From Candidatus Nitrospira inopinata (GTDB taxonomy: Bacteria; Nitrospirota; Nitrospiria; Nitrospirales; Nitrospiraceae): a stretch of DNA of 32,000 nucleotides. Made by a program: the position numbers and the translations under genes. Positions 19,620 to 26,953 of the stretch are shown here, piece by piece (the stretch's first letter is position 1; each line of letters starts with the position of its first letter). The notes beneath the pieces are model-generated. The model was not told the DNA's origin. It did not search any database and saw nothing but the letters and a program-made list of their open reading frames with translations. The stretch is from assembly GCF_001458695.1 (NCBI RefSeq), contig NZ_LN885086.1, positions 2,310,001 through 2,342,000 on the forward strand, in the 5' to 3' direction.

Positions 19620-21940
19620 TGAGTACATCGGCTGAACTGACCATAGCGGACTATATCGATATTCTCCGCCGGCGCAAATGGATGATCGTCGGAGCAGTCG
19701 TGGTATGTCTGACAGCGTCTGTCGCTCTGTACGAGGTGCTCCCCAAAACTTATCGATCCACCACGACCATTCTCTTGGAAGGTCAGAAAATACCAGAAAA
19801 CTACGTCAAGACCGGGGTTGAAGGGAAAGTGGACTCACGGCTCTATGCCGTCCAGCAAATCGTGATGAGCCGCACGTTGCTGTCCAAAATAGGCGAGCAG
19901 TTCGGTCTGATCACGCCGCAGATGTCGTCGTTCGAGCGGGAGAGTGTGGTTCAGAGCATGAGGCAAAGGACTCAGGTCACCAAGATGAGGCTGGGCCATT
20001 TAAAAGGGCAGGACACGACAGAGGGCTTTACCTTGTCGTTCGATCATACGGATCCCGTGATTACCATGAAGGTGGCTGAGGCCCTGGCTGCTCAATTTAT
20101 CGAGCAGGACTTGAAGCTCCGGGAACAGATGCTTGAGGGAGCGTCAGAATTTCTCGAGCAAGAGCTTCGGTTGGCGGAAGCAAAATTGGAAGAACAAGAA
20201 CAGGCGATCAGTGCCTTCCGAGCCAAATACATGGGTGAATTGCCTCAACAAATGGAGGCCAATCTGCGAACTCTCGACCGGTTGCAAATGGACGTCATTG
20301 CGGCTCGGGACAATGTCCAGGCGGCTAAAAACAAAATAGAGGTCTTGGACCAACGAATCAAAGAGGCTGCTGCGGCTGCTGCTCAGGGGGTAGCACAGAC
20401 GGTGCCTACAATTTCTGGGCAACCGACGCACGGAGGCGACCCGTTGCTCGCACGCTTGGCAGAACTTGAGCGAAATTTAACCGCTCTCTCCGCGGAGTAT
20501 CGCGATAACTATCCGGACATCGTGCTCTTGCGCAAGGAAATCGACGCTGTCAAAGCACAGTTAGCCCTCAAATACGGTGTCCAAAAAGAAGAGGTTCAGC
20601 AAGGGTCCCCCAAGTTGATTGATCCGATCGTACTCGATTTGATGCGTCAGCGGGACGAAGCTGTCAAAGATCTTGAAGCTCGGCAAGATCGACTCCGCCG
20701 TTTACTTGAGCAGGTCAAAGACTACGAAGGACGGGTTGAGCGAACGCCGATGCGTGAGCAAGAACTCAGCATCTTGGTTCGTGACTACGACAATATGCAG
20801 AAGAATTATCAAGCGCTGCTCGATAAGCGGTTGAACGCACGATTGGCCGAAAATCTTGAAAAGCGGCAGAAGGGTGAACAGTTTCGGATTCTGGATCCCG
20901 CCAACCTTCCCATTGCGCCGGAGTCGCCCAAACAATACATGATTCTCTTGGGTGGCTTAGTCGTCGGATGCGGACTTGGTGGCGGCGCTGCCTTTGCCCT
21001 TGAGCTGTTCAGGCCGGCCTTTAGGCGTGTGGAGCAGGTAGAGGGAGCCTTGGGGGTTCCAATCCTCGCTGGCATACCATCCTTTTCAACCTTGATTCGA
21101 ACAGAAGCCAAACAGCTTGCGAGCTCAAACCCGAGGATTGAAGGATCAAAGAAATCCCGTCTGCTTGCGTACCTGGGAAGAGGACAAGATCGGGCGATGG
21201 CCTCCTCGCAGGAGGGGGCAGATCTCGTGTCCCCAGTCATTGCTTGGAACGTCGTGGCGAAATGGTGGCCGGATTCCATGATTTCTGAACAATATCGAGT
21301 GGCTGCGACAAGACTCGCTCTGATGGCAAGAGAGCATGAGCACCCCGTGGCGTTGGTGACCAGTTCGATTCTCGGTGAGGGGAAAAGCACGACCACGCTG
21401 AATCTTGGTTACACCTTCGCTCATGCGCTTGATAAGCGGACGCTGATCATCGATTGCGATTTCAAGCGCCCATCGACCAGTAGATATCTAGGCAAGCCAT
21501 ATGCCCCGGGATTAAGTGATTATTGGAGCGGAACTCATCCCATTGATTCCTGTATTCATCAAATTGACGAGGTGCCTCTTTGGGTGCTGCCTGCCGGAAC
21601 GGAAAGTCATCGCGTCTTTGAATTATCGAAAATCCGTGAATTGGAACACCTGCTGAATGAGTTAAAACCGAGATTCGACCAAATTTTGCTCGATACGCCG
21701 CCGGTTTTTCCTCTTGCGGATCTCAATTTCCTATCGAGGTTGGCGGACATACTCGTCTTTGTAATCATGGCCGGGAAGACAGGTCGTGACGTAGTCGAAA
21801 AAGCCCTGAAGGCGCTACGTCCGTCGTGCAAACTGGGGATCATTCTTGCGGGCGTGGAATCGACGAGCATGCCGTACTATCACTATTATCATCATCATGA
21901 TGAAGCGCGGGCGGTCGCTCGATATGCCGCAAGAAGGTAG
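19610..21940 (+). CDS. Fused polysaccharide chain-length determinant (Wzz-type) / bacterial tyrosine autokinase (BY-kinase)
   Basis: TM1 is WMIVGAVVVCLTASVALY. A long coiled-coil periplasmic region follows, then TM2 (YMILLGGLVVGCGLGGGAAFAL). The cytoplasmic P-loop domain has Walker A GEGKSTT, Walker A' LIIDCDFKRP and Walker B ILLDTPP. The C-terminal Tyr/His cluster YYHYYHHH lies at 21875-21898. Alternative ATG at 19619. Confidence 0.88.
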   Translation: MELMSTSAELTIADYIDILRRRKWMIVGAVVVCLTASVALYEVLPKTYRSTTTILLEGQKIPENYVKTGVEGKVDSRLYAVQQIVMSRTLLSKIGEQFGLITPQMSSFERESVVQSMRQRTQVTKMRLGHLKGQDTTEGFTLSFDHTDPVITMKVAEALAAQFIEQDLKLREQMLEGASEFLEQELRLAEAKLEEQEQAISAFRAKYMGELPQQMEANLRTLDRLQMDVIAARDNVQAAKNKIEVLDQRIKEAAAAAAQGVAQTVPTISGQPTHGGDPLLARLAELERNLTALSAEYRDNYPDIVLLRKEIDAVKAQLALKYGVQKEEVQQGSPKLIDPIVLDLMRQRDEAVKDLEARQDRLRRLLEQVKDYEGRVERTPMREQELSILVRDYDNMQKNYQALLDKRLNARLAENLEKRQKGEQFRILDPANLPIAPESPKQYMILLGGLVVGCGLGGGAAFALELFRPAFRRVEQVEGALGVPILAGIPSFSTLIRTEAKQLASSNPRIEGSKKSRLLAYLGRGQDRAMASSQEGADLVSPVIAWNVVAKWWPDSMISEQYRVAATRLALMAREHEHPVALVTSSILGEGKSTTTLNLGYTFAHALDKRTLIIDCDFKRPSTSRYLGKPYAPGLSDYWSGTHPIDSCIHQIDEVPLWVLPAGTESHRVFELSKIRELEHLLNELKPRFDQILLDTPPVFPLADLNFLSRLADILVFVIMAGKTGRDVVEKALKALRPSCKLGIILAGVESTSMPYYHYYHHHDEARAVARYAARR

Positions 21941-21942
21941 AG

Positions 21943-22995
21943 ATGGAAAAAACGATCACCCCCGTCCTACTCAAGCCGAATAAGGAGCAGGATTACGCGT
22001 CCGGCTTGGATTTGTTCAAGCGGCGGGTCGCTCTTCTCGGCTGCGGCCAGCTTGCGTTGGAGTTGTATCAGGTCCTTGCGGAGAAACGATGGACAAATCT
22101 GCAAATCGTAGGGGTGGTTGACCAGAATCCTCCACGTGCGACCGGTTCGCTTCCCGTCAAGGACCTACAAGTGCTGGGGAGTTGCGAGGATCTTTGCAGG
22201 ATCGTAGAGCAGTTCTCGGTCAACACGATCGTCGTGTGCATGGAGGACAGAAGAGCGGGATTACCGGTGAACGCGCTCCTTGATCTGAAAGCGAGAGGTA
22301 TCGAAGTCATCGATGGGCATCAGATGTTTGAGGAAGTGTCGGGTCGACTCTCGATCGATCAACTTCGCCCGAGTTCGCTCATTTTTTCAACCGGTTTTAA
22401 ACGAAGAGCTCCGACGAAAGTATTAAAACGAACGGTTGATTTGACGGCGTCCGCCCTTGGCTTAGCGATCCTGGCTCCGGCTTTATGCGTCATTGCTCTC
22501 TTGATCAAACTGGATTCTCCGGGGCCGGTGTTTTACCGGCAGATGCGCGTCGGATTGGGAGGGCAGCCGTTCATGATGTGGAAGTTTCGATCCATGTATC
22601 AGGAAGCGGAGCGCCATGGACCTCGCTGGGCCGAGAAAAACGACGCTCGTGTGTCGCGAGTGGGACGAATTCTGCGCAAATTTCGCCTTGACGAGATTCC
22701 ACAGCTCTATAACGTCATTCGAGGAGAAATGAGCCTCGTCGGGCCTCGTCCGGAACGCCCGGTCTTTGTCAACGAGCTGAGAAAAAGCATCCCCTATTAC
22801 GATATCAGGCACACGGTGAGACCGGGACTGACCGGTTGGGCGCAAACGCAGTTTCAATATGGCGCAAGCGCGGAAGACGCGCACGCCAAGCTGCAGTATG
22901 ACTTGTATTACGTCAAGAATATGACCTTTGCGTTGGATCTTCGGATCTTAATCGAAACGGTGCGGGTTGTGTTGCTTGGCGAAGGGGCTCGATAA
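21943..22995 (+). CDS. Polyprenyl-phosphate sugar-phosphate transferase (bacterial sugar transferase family; priming enzyme)
   Basis: The catalytic domain contains KRTVDLTASALGLAILAPALCVIALLIKLDSPGPVFYRQMRVGLGGQPFMMWKFRSM...DEIPQLYNVIRGEMSLVGPRPERP...GLTGWAQ. It is preceded by a Rossmann-like region (VALLGCGQLA...). No N-terminal multi-TM block is present. Confidence 0.9.
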   Translation: MEKTITPVLLKPNKEQDYASGLDLFKRRVALLGCGQLALELYQVLAEKRWTNLQIVGVVDQNPPRATGSLPVKDLQVLGSCEDLCRIVEQFSVNTIVVCMEDRRAGLPVNALLDLKARGIEVIDGHQMFEEVSGRLSIDQLRPSSLIFSTGFKRRAPTKVLKRTVDLTASALGLAILAPALCVIALLIKLDSPGPVFYRQMRVGLGGQPFMMWKFRSMYQEAERHGPRWAEKNDARVSRVGRILRKFRLDEIPQLYNVIRGEMSLVGPRPERPVFVNELRKSIPYYDIRHTVRPGLTGWAQTQFQYGASAEDAHAKLQYDLYYVKNMTFALDLRILIETVRVVLLGEGAR

Positions 22996-23006
22996 AAGGA
23001 TCAACC

Positions 23007-23948
23007 ATGAAGAGGGAGGGGGTGCATGCCTTGTCGTTCGACGTGGAAGAACACTTCCAGGTTTCTGCCTTCTGGTCGGACGAACGAAGAAACAAGTGGG
23101 AGAGCTATGAGAGCCGCGTTGAACGCAACGTGGAGAAGATACTGAACCTCCTTTCATTCCGCGGAATCCATGCCACCTTTTTTGTGCTCGGTTGGGTGGC
23201 GAGTCGTCATCGGGGACTCGTGAAAGCCATCGTTGATCAGGGACATGAGCTTGCTTCCCATGGGTTCGGTCATGAGTTGATCACAACCCAGCGGCCTGAT
23301 CAGTTTCGCGATGACGTTCGGAAAAGCAAGCAGCTTCTTGAGGACATTGCCGGAGTGCCCGTGTACGGCTACAGGGCGCCATCCTTTACGATTGTTCCAC
23401 GTACCCGATGGGCTCTCTCCATTCTTGTTGAGGAAGGCTATCTTTATGATTCAAGCATTTTCCCCGTCCGTCACGATCGCTACGGCATGCCGGAGGCCGA
23501 TCCCTACTGTCATCTGATAAAGACCGAAAGCGGGCCTCTGTGGGAGGTGCCCCTTTCTACGTTGAAGATGGGGCCTGTCCGTATTCCAATCGCAGGGGGA
23601 GGGTATTTTCGGCTGTTTCCATATCCGGTCTTGCGCAGGCTTCTCGATCGTGCCGTCGTTCACGGCCATCCGTTGATCATGTATCTTCACCCGTGGGAGC
23701 TGGATCCTGAGCAACCCAGAATGGTCGGATCGTGGCGTTCTGTCCTTCGCCATTATCTCAATCTGGGGAAAACGGAAATCCGGCTCCGACGGTTACTGGG
23801 GGATTTTCGATTCACCACCATACGGAACGCCGTCAAAGCGGTGGGAGAAGCCTGTAGTGAAAACCACAACAGTCGTCTCAGTACAGTGACGGTTAATGTT
23901 GGGCAAGATGCAAGCCGATATATAAAGACGGGGAGAGAGAATGCCTGA
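23007..23948 (+). CDS. Polysaccharide deacetylase family protein (PEP-CTERM/XrtA-locus subtype)
   Basis: ALSFDVEEHFQVSAF...ILNLLSFRGIHATFFVLGWVASRHRGLVKAIVDQGHELASHGFGHE is NodB-type, with the opening characteristic of the exosortase-locus subfamily as I recall it. The assignment has not been searched. Confidence 0.8.
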   Translation: MKREGVHALSFDVEEHFQVSAFWSDERRNKWESYESRVERNVEKILNLLSFRGIHATFFVLGWVASRHRGLVKAIVDQGHELASHGFGHELITTQRPDQFRDDVRKSKQLLEDIAGVPVYGYRAPSFTIVPRTRWALSILVEEGYLYDSSIFPVRHDRYGMPEADPYCHLIKTESGPLWEVPLSTLKMGPVRIPIAGGGYFRLFPYPVLRRLLDRAVVHGHPLIMYLHPWELDPEQPRMVGSWRSVLRHYLNLGKTEIRLRRLLGDFRFTTIRNAVKAVGEACSENHNSRLSTVTVNVGQDASRYIKTGRENA

Positions 23949-24447
23949 ACAGGCTGAAAGCGAATGGTATGTGGTGCGAACCAAACCTCATCAGGAGGCA
24001 GTGGCTGAATCGAGTTTGTTGAGGGGGGGGATTGAGGCGCTCTGCCCGCGAATCCAGGAGCGACGCGTCATTCGGAGAAAAATGCAGCAGATCATCAGTC
24101 CACTGTTTCCCGGGTATCTGTTTGCAAGGTCTTCCCCATCGGGATGGCGGTTGATTCAGTACGCTAGGGGTGTAAGTCATTTGGTCTCTTTCGGGGACGG
24201 GCCGGTCGTTGTGAGACCGGAAGTCATGGAAGAGATTTTTAGAAGACTCGAAAGAGGCATTGTTGTTCCTCAGCCTAGAACATTCGCGCATGGCGACGTG
24301 GTGCGGATTACCGAAGGCCCTCTGCAAGGCTTGGAAGCGGTGTTCGAGCGGGAACTGGCAGGACAGCAGCGAGCGATGTTGCTGATGAAGATGCTGGCCG
24401 GTCAAGTGCGCGTGGTGTTGGATTTGAGTTCCATTGTGAATGCCTAA
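23941..24447 (+). CDS. rfaH: RfaH-like specialised NusG paralog (transcription antiterminator)
   Basis: The protein is 168 aa. NGN domain motifs are WYVVRTKPHQE...PLFPGYLFAR...ARGVSHLVSFG. The KOW domain reads GDVVRITEGPLQGLEAVFERELAGQQRAMLLMKML. It is colinear by eye with E. coli RfaH. It overlaps the deacetylase gene by 8 nt and lies inside a polysaccharide locus rather than next to secE/rplK. Confidence 0.8.
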   Translation: MPEQAESEWYVVRTKPHQEAVAESSLLRGGIEALCPRIQERRVIRRKMQQIISPLFPGYLFARSSPSGWRLIQYARGVSHLVSFGDGPVVVRPEVMEEIFRRLERGIVVPQPRTFAHGDVVRITEGPLQGLEAVFERELAGQQRAMLLMKMLAGQVRVVLDLSSIVNA

Positions 24448-24630
24448 TCGGTCATAAACACTTGTCGTTGAAGACTTCTGGGCTGGACGCTGCATAAAGA
24501 GCGTGAGAAGTGCCCGGTAGCGTCGTATCATCGACCTTCAATGAGACATTGATGTGTCTGAGAAGTGTCGACGATAGCAAAGCAAGAAAAAATGGGATGA
24601 GAAAGTCATCACTGGTCTCTGCACCGGAAG

Positions 24631-24642
24631 GGCGGTAGCCTG
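24631..24642 (+). promoter_or_regulatory. ops-like element GGCGGTAGCCTG (matches consensus GGCGGTAGnnTG at all specified positions)
   Basis: Read directly from the sequence. It is on the + (non-template) strand in the 290-nt non-coding leader between the RfaH-like gene and the AsnB-like gene, about 95 nt upstream of ATG 24738. Confidence 0.6.
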
Positions 24643-24737
24643 TTCCCCGTTCAGCGTTTTCCCGATGTCGCCCGCGGCTGTCAAGTCATCTGAAACTTGC
24701 GAAGGTCCCCATACATAACAACGCTAGTCATCCTTAT

Positions 24738-26681
24738 ATGTGTGGTATAGCCGGATTTGTGGCACAAAACGGCGGCTCCTGTAACGATGGAATGATCCGC
24801 CGCATGATCGCGATGATCAATCATCGCGGACCGGATGCCGTCGGATTTCACATGGACGGGCCGGTTGGGTTGGGACATGCCAGGCTGAGCATTATCGATC
24901 TCGACGGAGGGGCTCAGCCGATGCCGAACGAAGACGAAACCCTGTGGATTACCTTCAACGGAGAAATTTTCAATTACGTGGAATTGCGAGACGAGCTGAT
25001 CAAGAAAGGACATCGGTTCAGAACCCAGTCTGATACGGAAGTCATCCTTCATTTGTACGAGGAAAAAGGCGAATCCTGCGTCCTCGACCTCAATGGACAG
25101 TGGGCATTCGCGATTTGGGACGTGAAGCGGAGACGGTTGTTTCTGTCACGCGACAGACTGGGCATCCGTCCGCTCTTCTATGCGACAACGAAGGACGGCT
25201 TTGGATTCGCATCCGAGATCAAGTCCTTGCTGACCATCCCGTCGCTGCCGCGGGTGATCGATCCACTTGCGCTGGACCAAATCTTCACCTTCTGGGTGAC
25301 AATTCCTCCCACGACGATGTTTGCCGGAGTGTCGGAACTTCCTTCCGGCCATTGTTTGACCCTGGAGGAGGGGAGAATCACGGTCGCTCCCTTTTGGACG
25401 CTGGAGTACAAAAGCGGCGCGAGAATCGGAAGCGAGCAGGAAGCCCGCGAGGAGCTGCTTGCTCTGCTGCTCGATGCCACGAGGCTTCGATTACGATCGG
25501 ACGTGCCGGTCGGAGCCTATCTAAGCGGCGGACTGGATTCGACTGTGATCGCCGCACTGATCAAGAGACTCGGCGTCACGCGCTTGAAAACCTTTTCCGT
25601 GGCGTTCGAGGACAAGGAATTCGACGAAAGCGCGTTTCAAGAGGAAGCTCGCCAATTTCTCGGCACCGATCATCAAACCGTGCTGTGCCGGCCGGGCGAC
25701 ATCGGACGAATATTCCCCGAGGTGATCTGGCATACGGAAACGCCGATTGTACGGACCGCTCCCGCGCCGTTGTTTCTGTTGTCCAAGCTGGTTCATGAGC
25801 AGGGATATAAGGTTGTGTTGACGGGCGAAGGGTCCGACGAGGTCTTGGGCGGATACGACATTTTTAAGGAGGCCAAGATTCGTCGGTTTTGGGCCAACCA
25901 GCCGGAGTCGAAGTTCCGCCCGCTCCTTCTGAGAAAGCTCTATCCGTACATGAAAAATCTTCAATCCCAGCCGGATGCCTACTTGCGGGCGTTTTTTCAC
26001 GTGCGCAAACAGGAACTGAACAGCCCGTTTTTCTCGCATCTGCCTCGCTGGGAGATGACGTCCAAACTGAAGCAATTCTTTTCGCAAGAGGTGAAAGATC
26101 GCATCGGGAGCAGCCAAGCCTTGCATCGGTTGGAGAAACGGTTGCCGCACAATTACGATCGGTGGGATTGGTTCGCCCGATCGCAATATTTGGAGACCGC
26201 CTATCTATTGCCCGGGTATATTTTGTCGTCGCAGGGGGATCGGATGGCGATGGCTCACTCCGTCGAAGGGCGATTCCCTTTTTTGGACTATCGCCTTGTC
26301 CAGTTCGCGGCCAGACTTCCCCCGCGCCTCAAGATGAACGTCTTGAATGAAAAGTATCTCTTGAAGCAAGCGGCCGGCTCCTTGGTCCCTGAGACGATTC
26401 GCAAGCGGCACAAACAGCCCTATCGTGCTCCTGACAGCCAAAGTTTTCTTCTTCGGGATGGCTCTCATTCGATGGTGGAGTATGCCGAAGAATTGCTCAG
26501 CCCCCACGCGATAGCTCATGCCGGTCTGTTTGATGCGGAGAGAGTAGGAAAGTTGGTGGAAAAAGTTCGGGCGGGACAGGCCATTGGTGTGAAAGACAAC
26601 ATGGCCTTCGTCGGGATTTTGTCGGCGCAGTTGGTGGTGGATCGGTTCATCAAGCATTTTCCCAAGGAGCAAACACTATGA
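24738..26681 (+). CDS. Asparagine synthase (glutamine-hydrolysing) family amidotransferase, exosortase-locus type
   Basis: MCGIAGFV carries the Ntn Cys2, and the glutaminase domain contains HRGPD and HARLSIIDL. The synthetase domain has the PP-loop SGGLDS (YLSGGLDSTVIAAL). The protein is 647 aa. I see no obvious Shine-Dalgarno upstream (GCTAGTCATCCTTATATG). Confidence 0.88.
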   Translation: MCGIAGFVAQNGGSCNDGMIRRMIAMINHRGPDAVGFHMDGPVGLGHARLSIIDLDGGAQPMPNEDETLWITFNGEIFNYVELRDELIKKGHRFRTQSDTEVILHLYEEKGESCVLDLNGQWAFAIWDVKRRRLFLSRDRLGIRPLFYATTKDGFGFASEIKSLLTIPSLPRVIDPLALDQIFTFWVTIPPTTMFAGVSELPSGHCLTLEEGRITVAPFWTLEYKSGARIGSEQEAREELLALLLDATRLRLRSDVPVGAYLSGGLDSTVIAALIKRLGVTRLKTFSVAFEDKEFDESAFQEEARQFLGTDHQTVLCRPGDIGRIFPEVIWHTETPIVRTAPAPLFLLSKLVHEQGYKVVLTGEGSDEVLGGYDIFKEAKIRRFWANQPESKFRPLLLRKLYPYMKNLQSQPDAYLRAFFHVRKQELNSPFFSHLPRWEMTSKLKQFFSQEVKDRIGSSQALHRLEKRLPHNYDRWDWFARSQYLETAYLLPGYILSSQGDRMAMAHSVEGRFPFLDYRLVQFAARLPPRLKMNVLNEKYLLKQAAGSLVPETIRKRHKQPYRAPDSQSFLLRDGSHSMVEYAEELLSPHAIAHAGLFDAERVGKLVEKVRAGQAIGVKDNMAFVGILSAQLVVDRFIKHFPKEQTL

Positions 26682-26947
26682 CGCCAATTGAGGCTCAGGT
26701 ACGGCGGTACGTGACGGATCGATTGTTGTTTGGGCGGTCGGATGTCGCGGTTGAAGGCGACACGTCGTTCTTGGAATCTGGGCTGATCGATTCGACGGGA
26801 GTCTTGGAGTTGGTCGCCTTCCTGGAAGAAAGCTTTAAAATCAAAGTAGAAGACGAAGACCTTATTCCGGCGAATCTTGATTCGATCAATGCACTGACTC
26901 GGTTTATTCAGGCTAAATCTCCAGCCCTCGCCGATAGTCGCGCCTAG
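26678..26947 (+). CDS. Acyl carrier protein
   Basis: The protein is 89 aa and has a phosphopantetheine-attachment-like motif GLIDSTGVLELVAFLEESF. The start overlaps the upstream stop (ATGA). Confidence 0.8.
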   Translation: MTPIEAQVRRYVTDRLLFGRSDVAVEGDTSFLESGLIDSTGVLELVAFLEESFKIKVEDEDLIPANLDSINALTRFIQAKSPALADSRA

Positions 26948-26953
26948 GTCTCC

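Noticed and set aside
24479-24494. A sigma-54-like promoter, TGGGCT-N5-CTGCA, with correct GG-N10-GC spacing. It lies in the leader about 135 nt upstream of the ops-like element.
   Set aside because: Only the GG/GC dinucleotides and the TGCA half match the TGGCAC-N5-TTGCW consensus. No enhancer-binding-protein gene is present in the window. The evidence is too weak to call without TSS data, but it is worth checking when mapping the TSS for the ops finding.
24511-24523. A partial ops-like string, CCCGGTAGCGTC, upstream of the exact match.
   Set aside because: It lacks the GG at the start and the terminal G, so only the CGGTAGCGT core is shared. It cannot be distinguished from chance.
23893-24531. 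A 212-aa - strand ORF antisense to the RfaH-like gene, and a 123-aa - strand ORF at 24681-25052 antisense to the AsnB-like start.
   Set aside because: Neither has recognisable motifs. Both overlap strongly supported sense genes, and the second would run across the ops-containing leader's downstream gene start. I treat them as chance ORFs.
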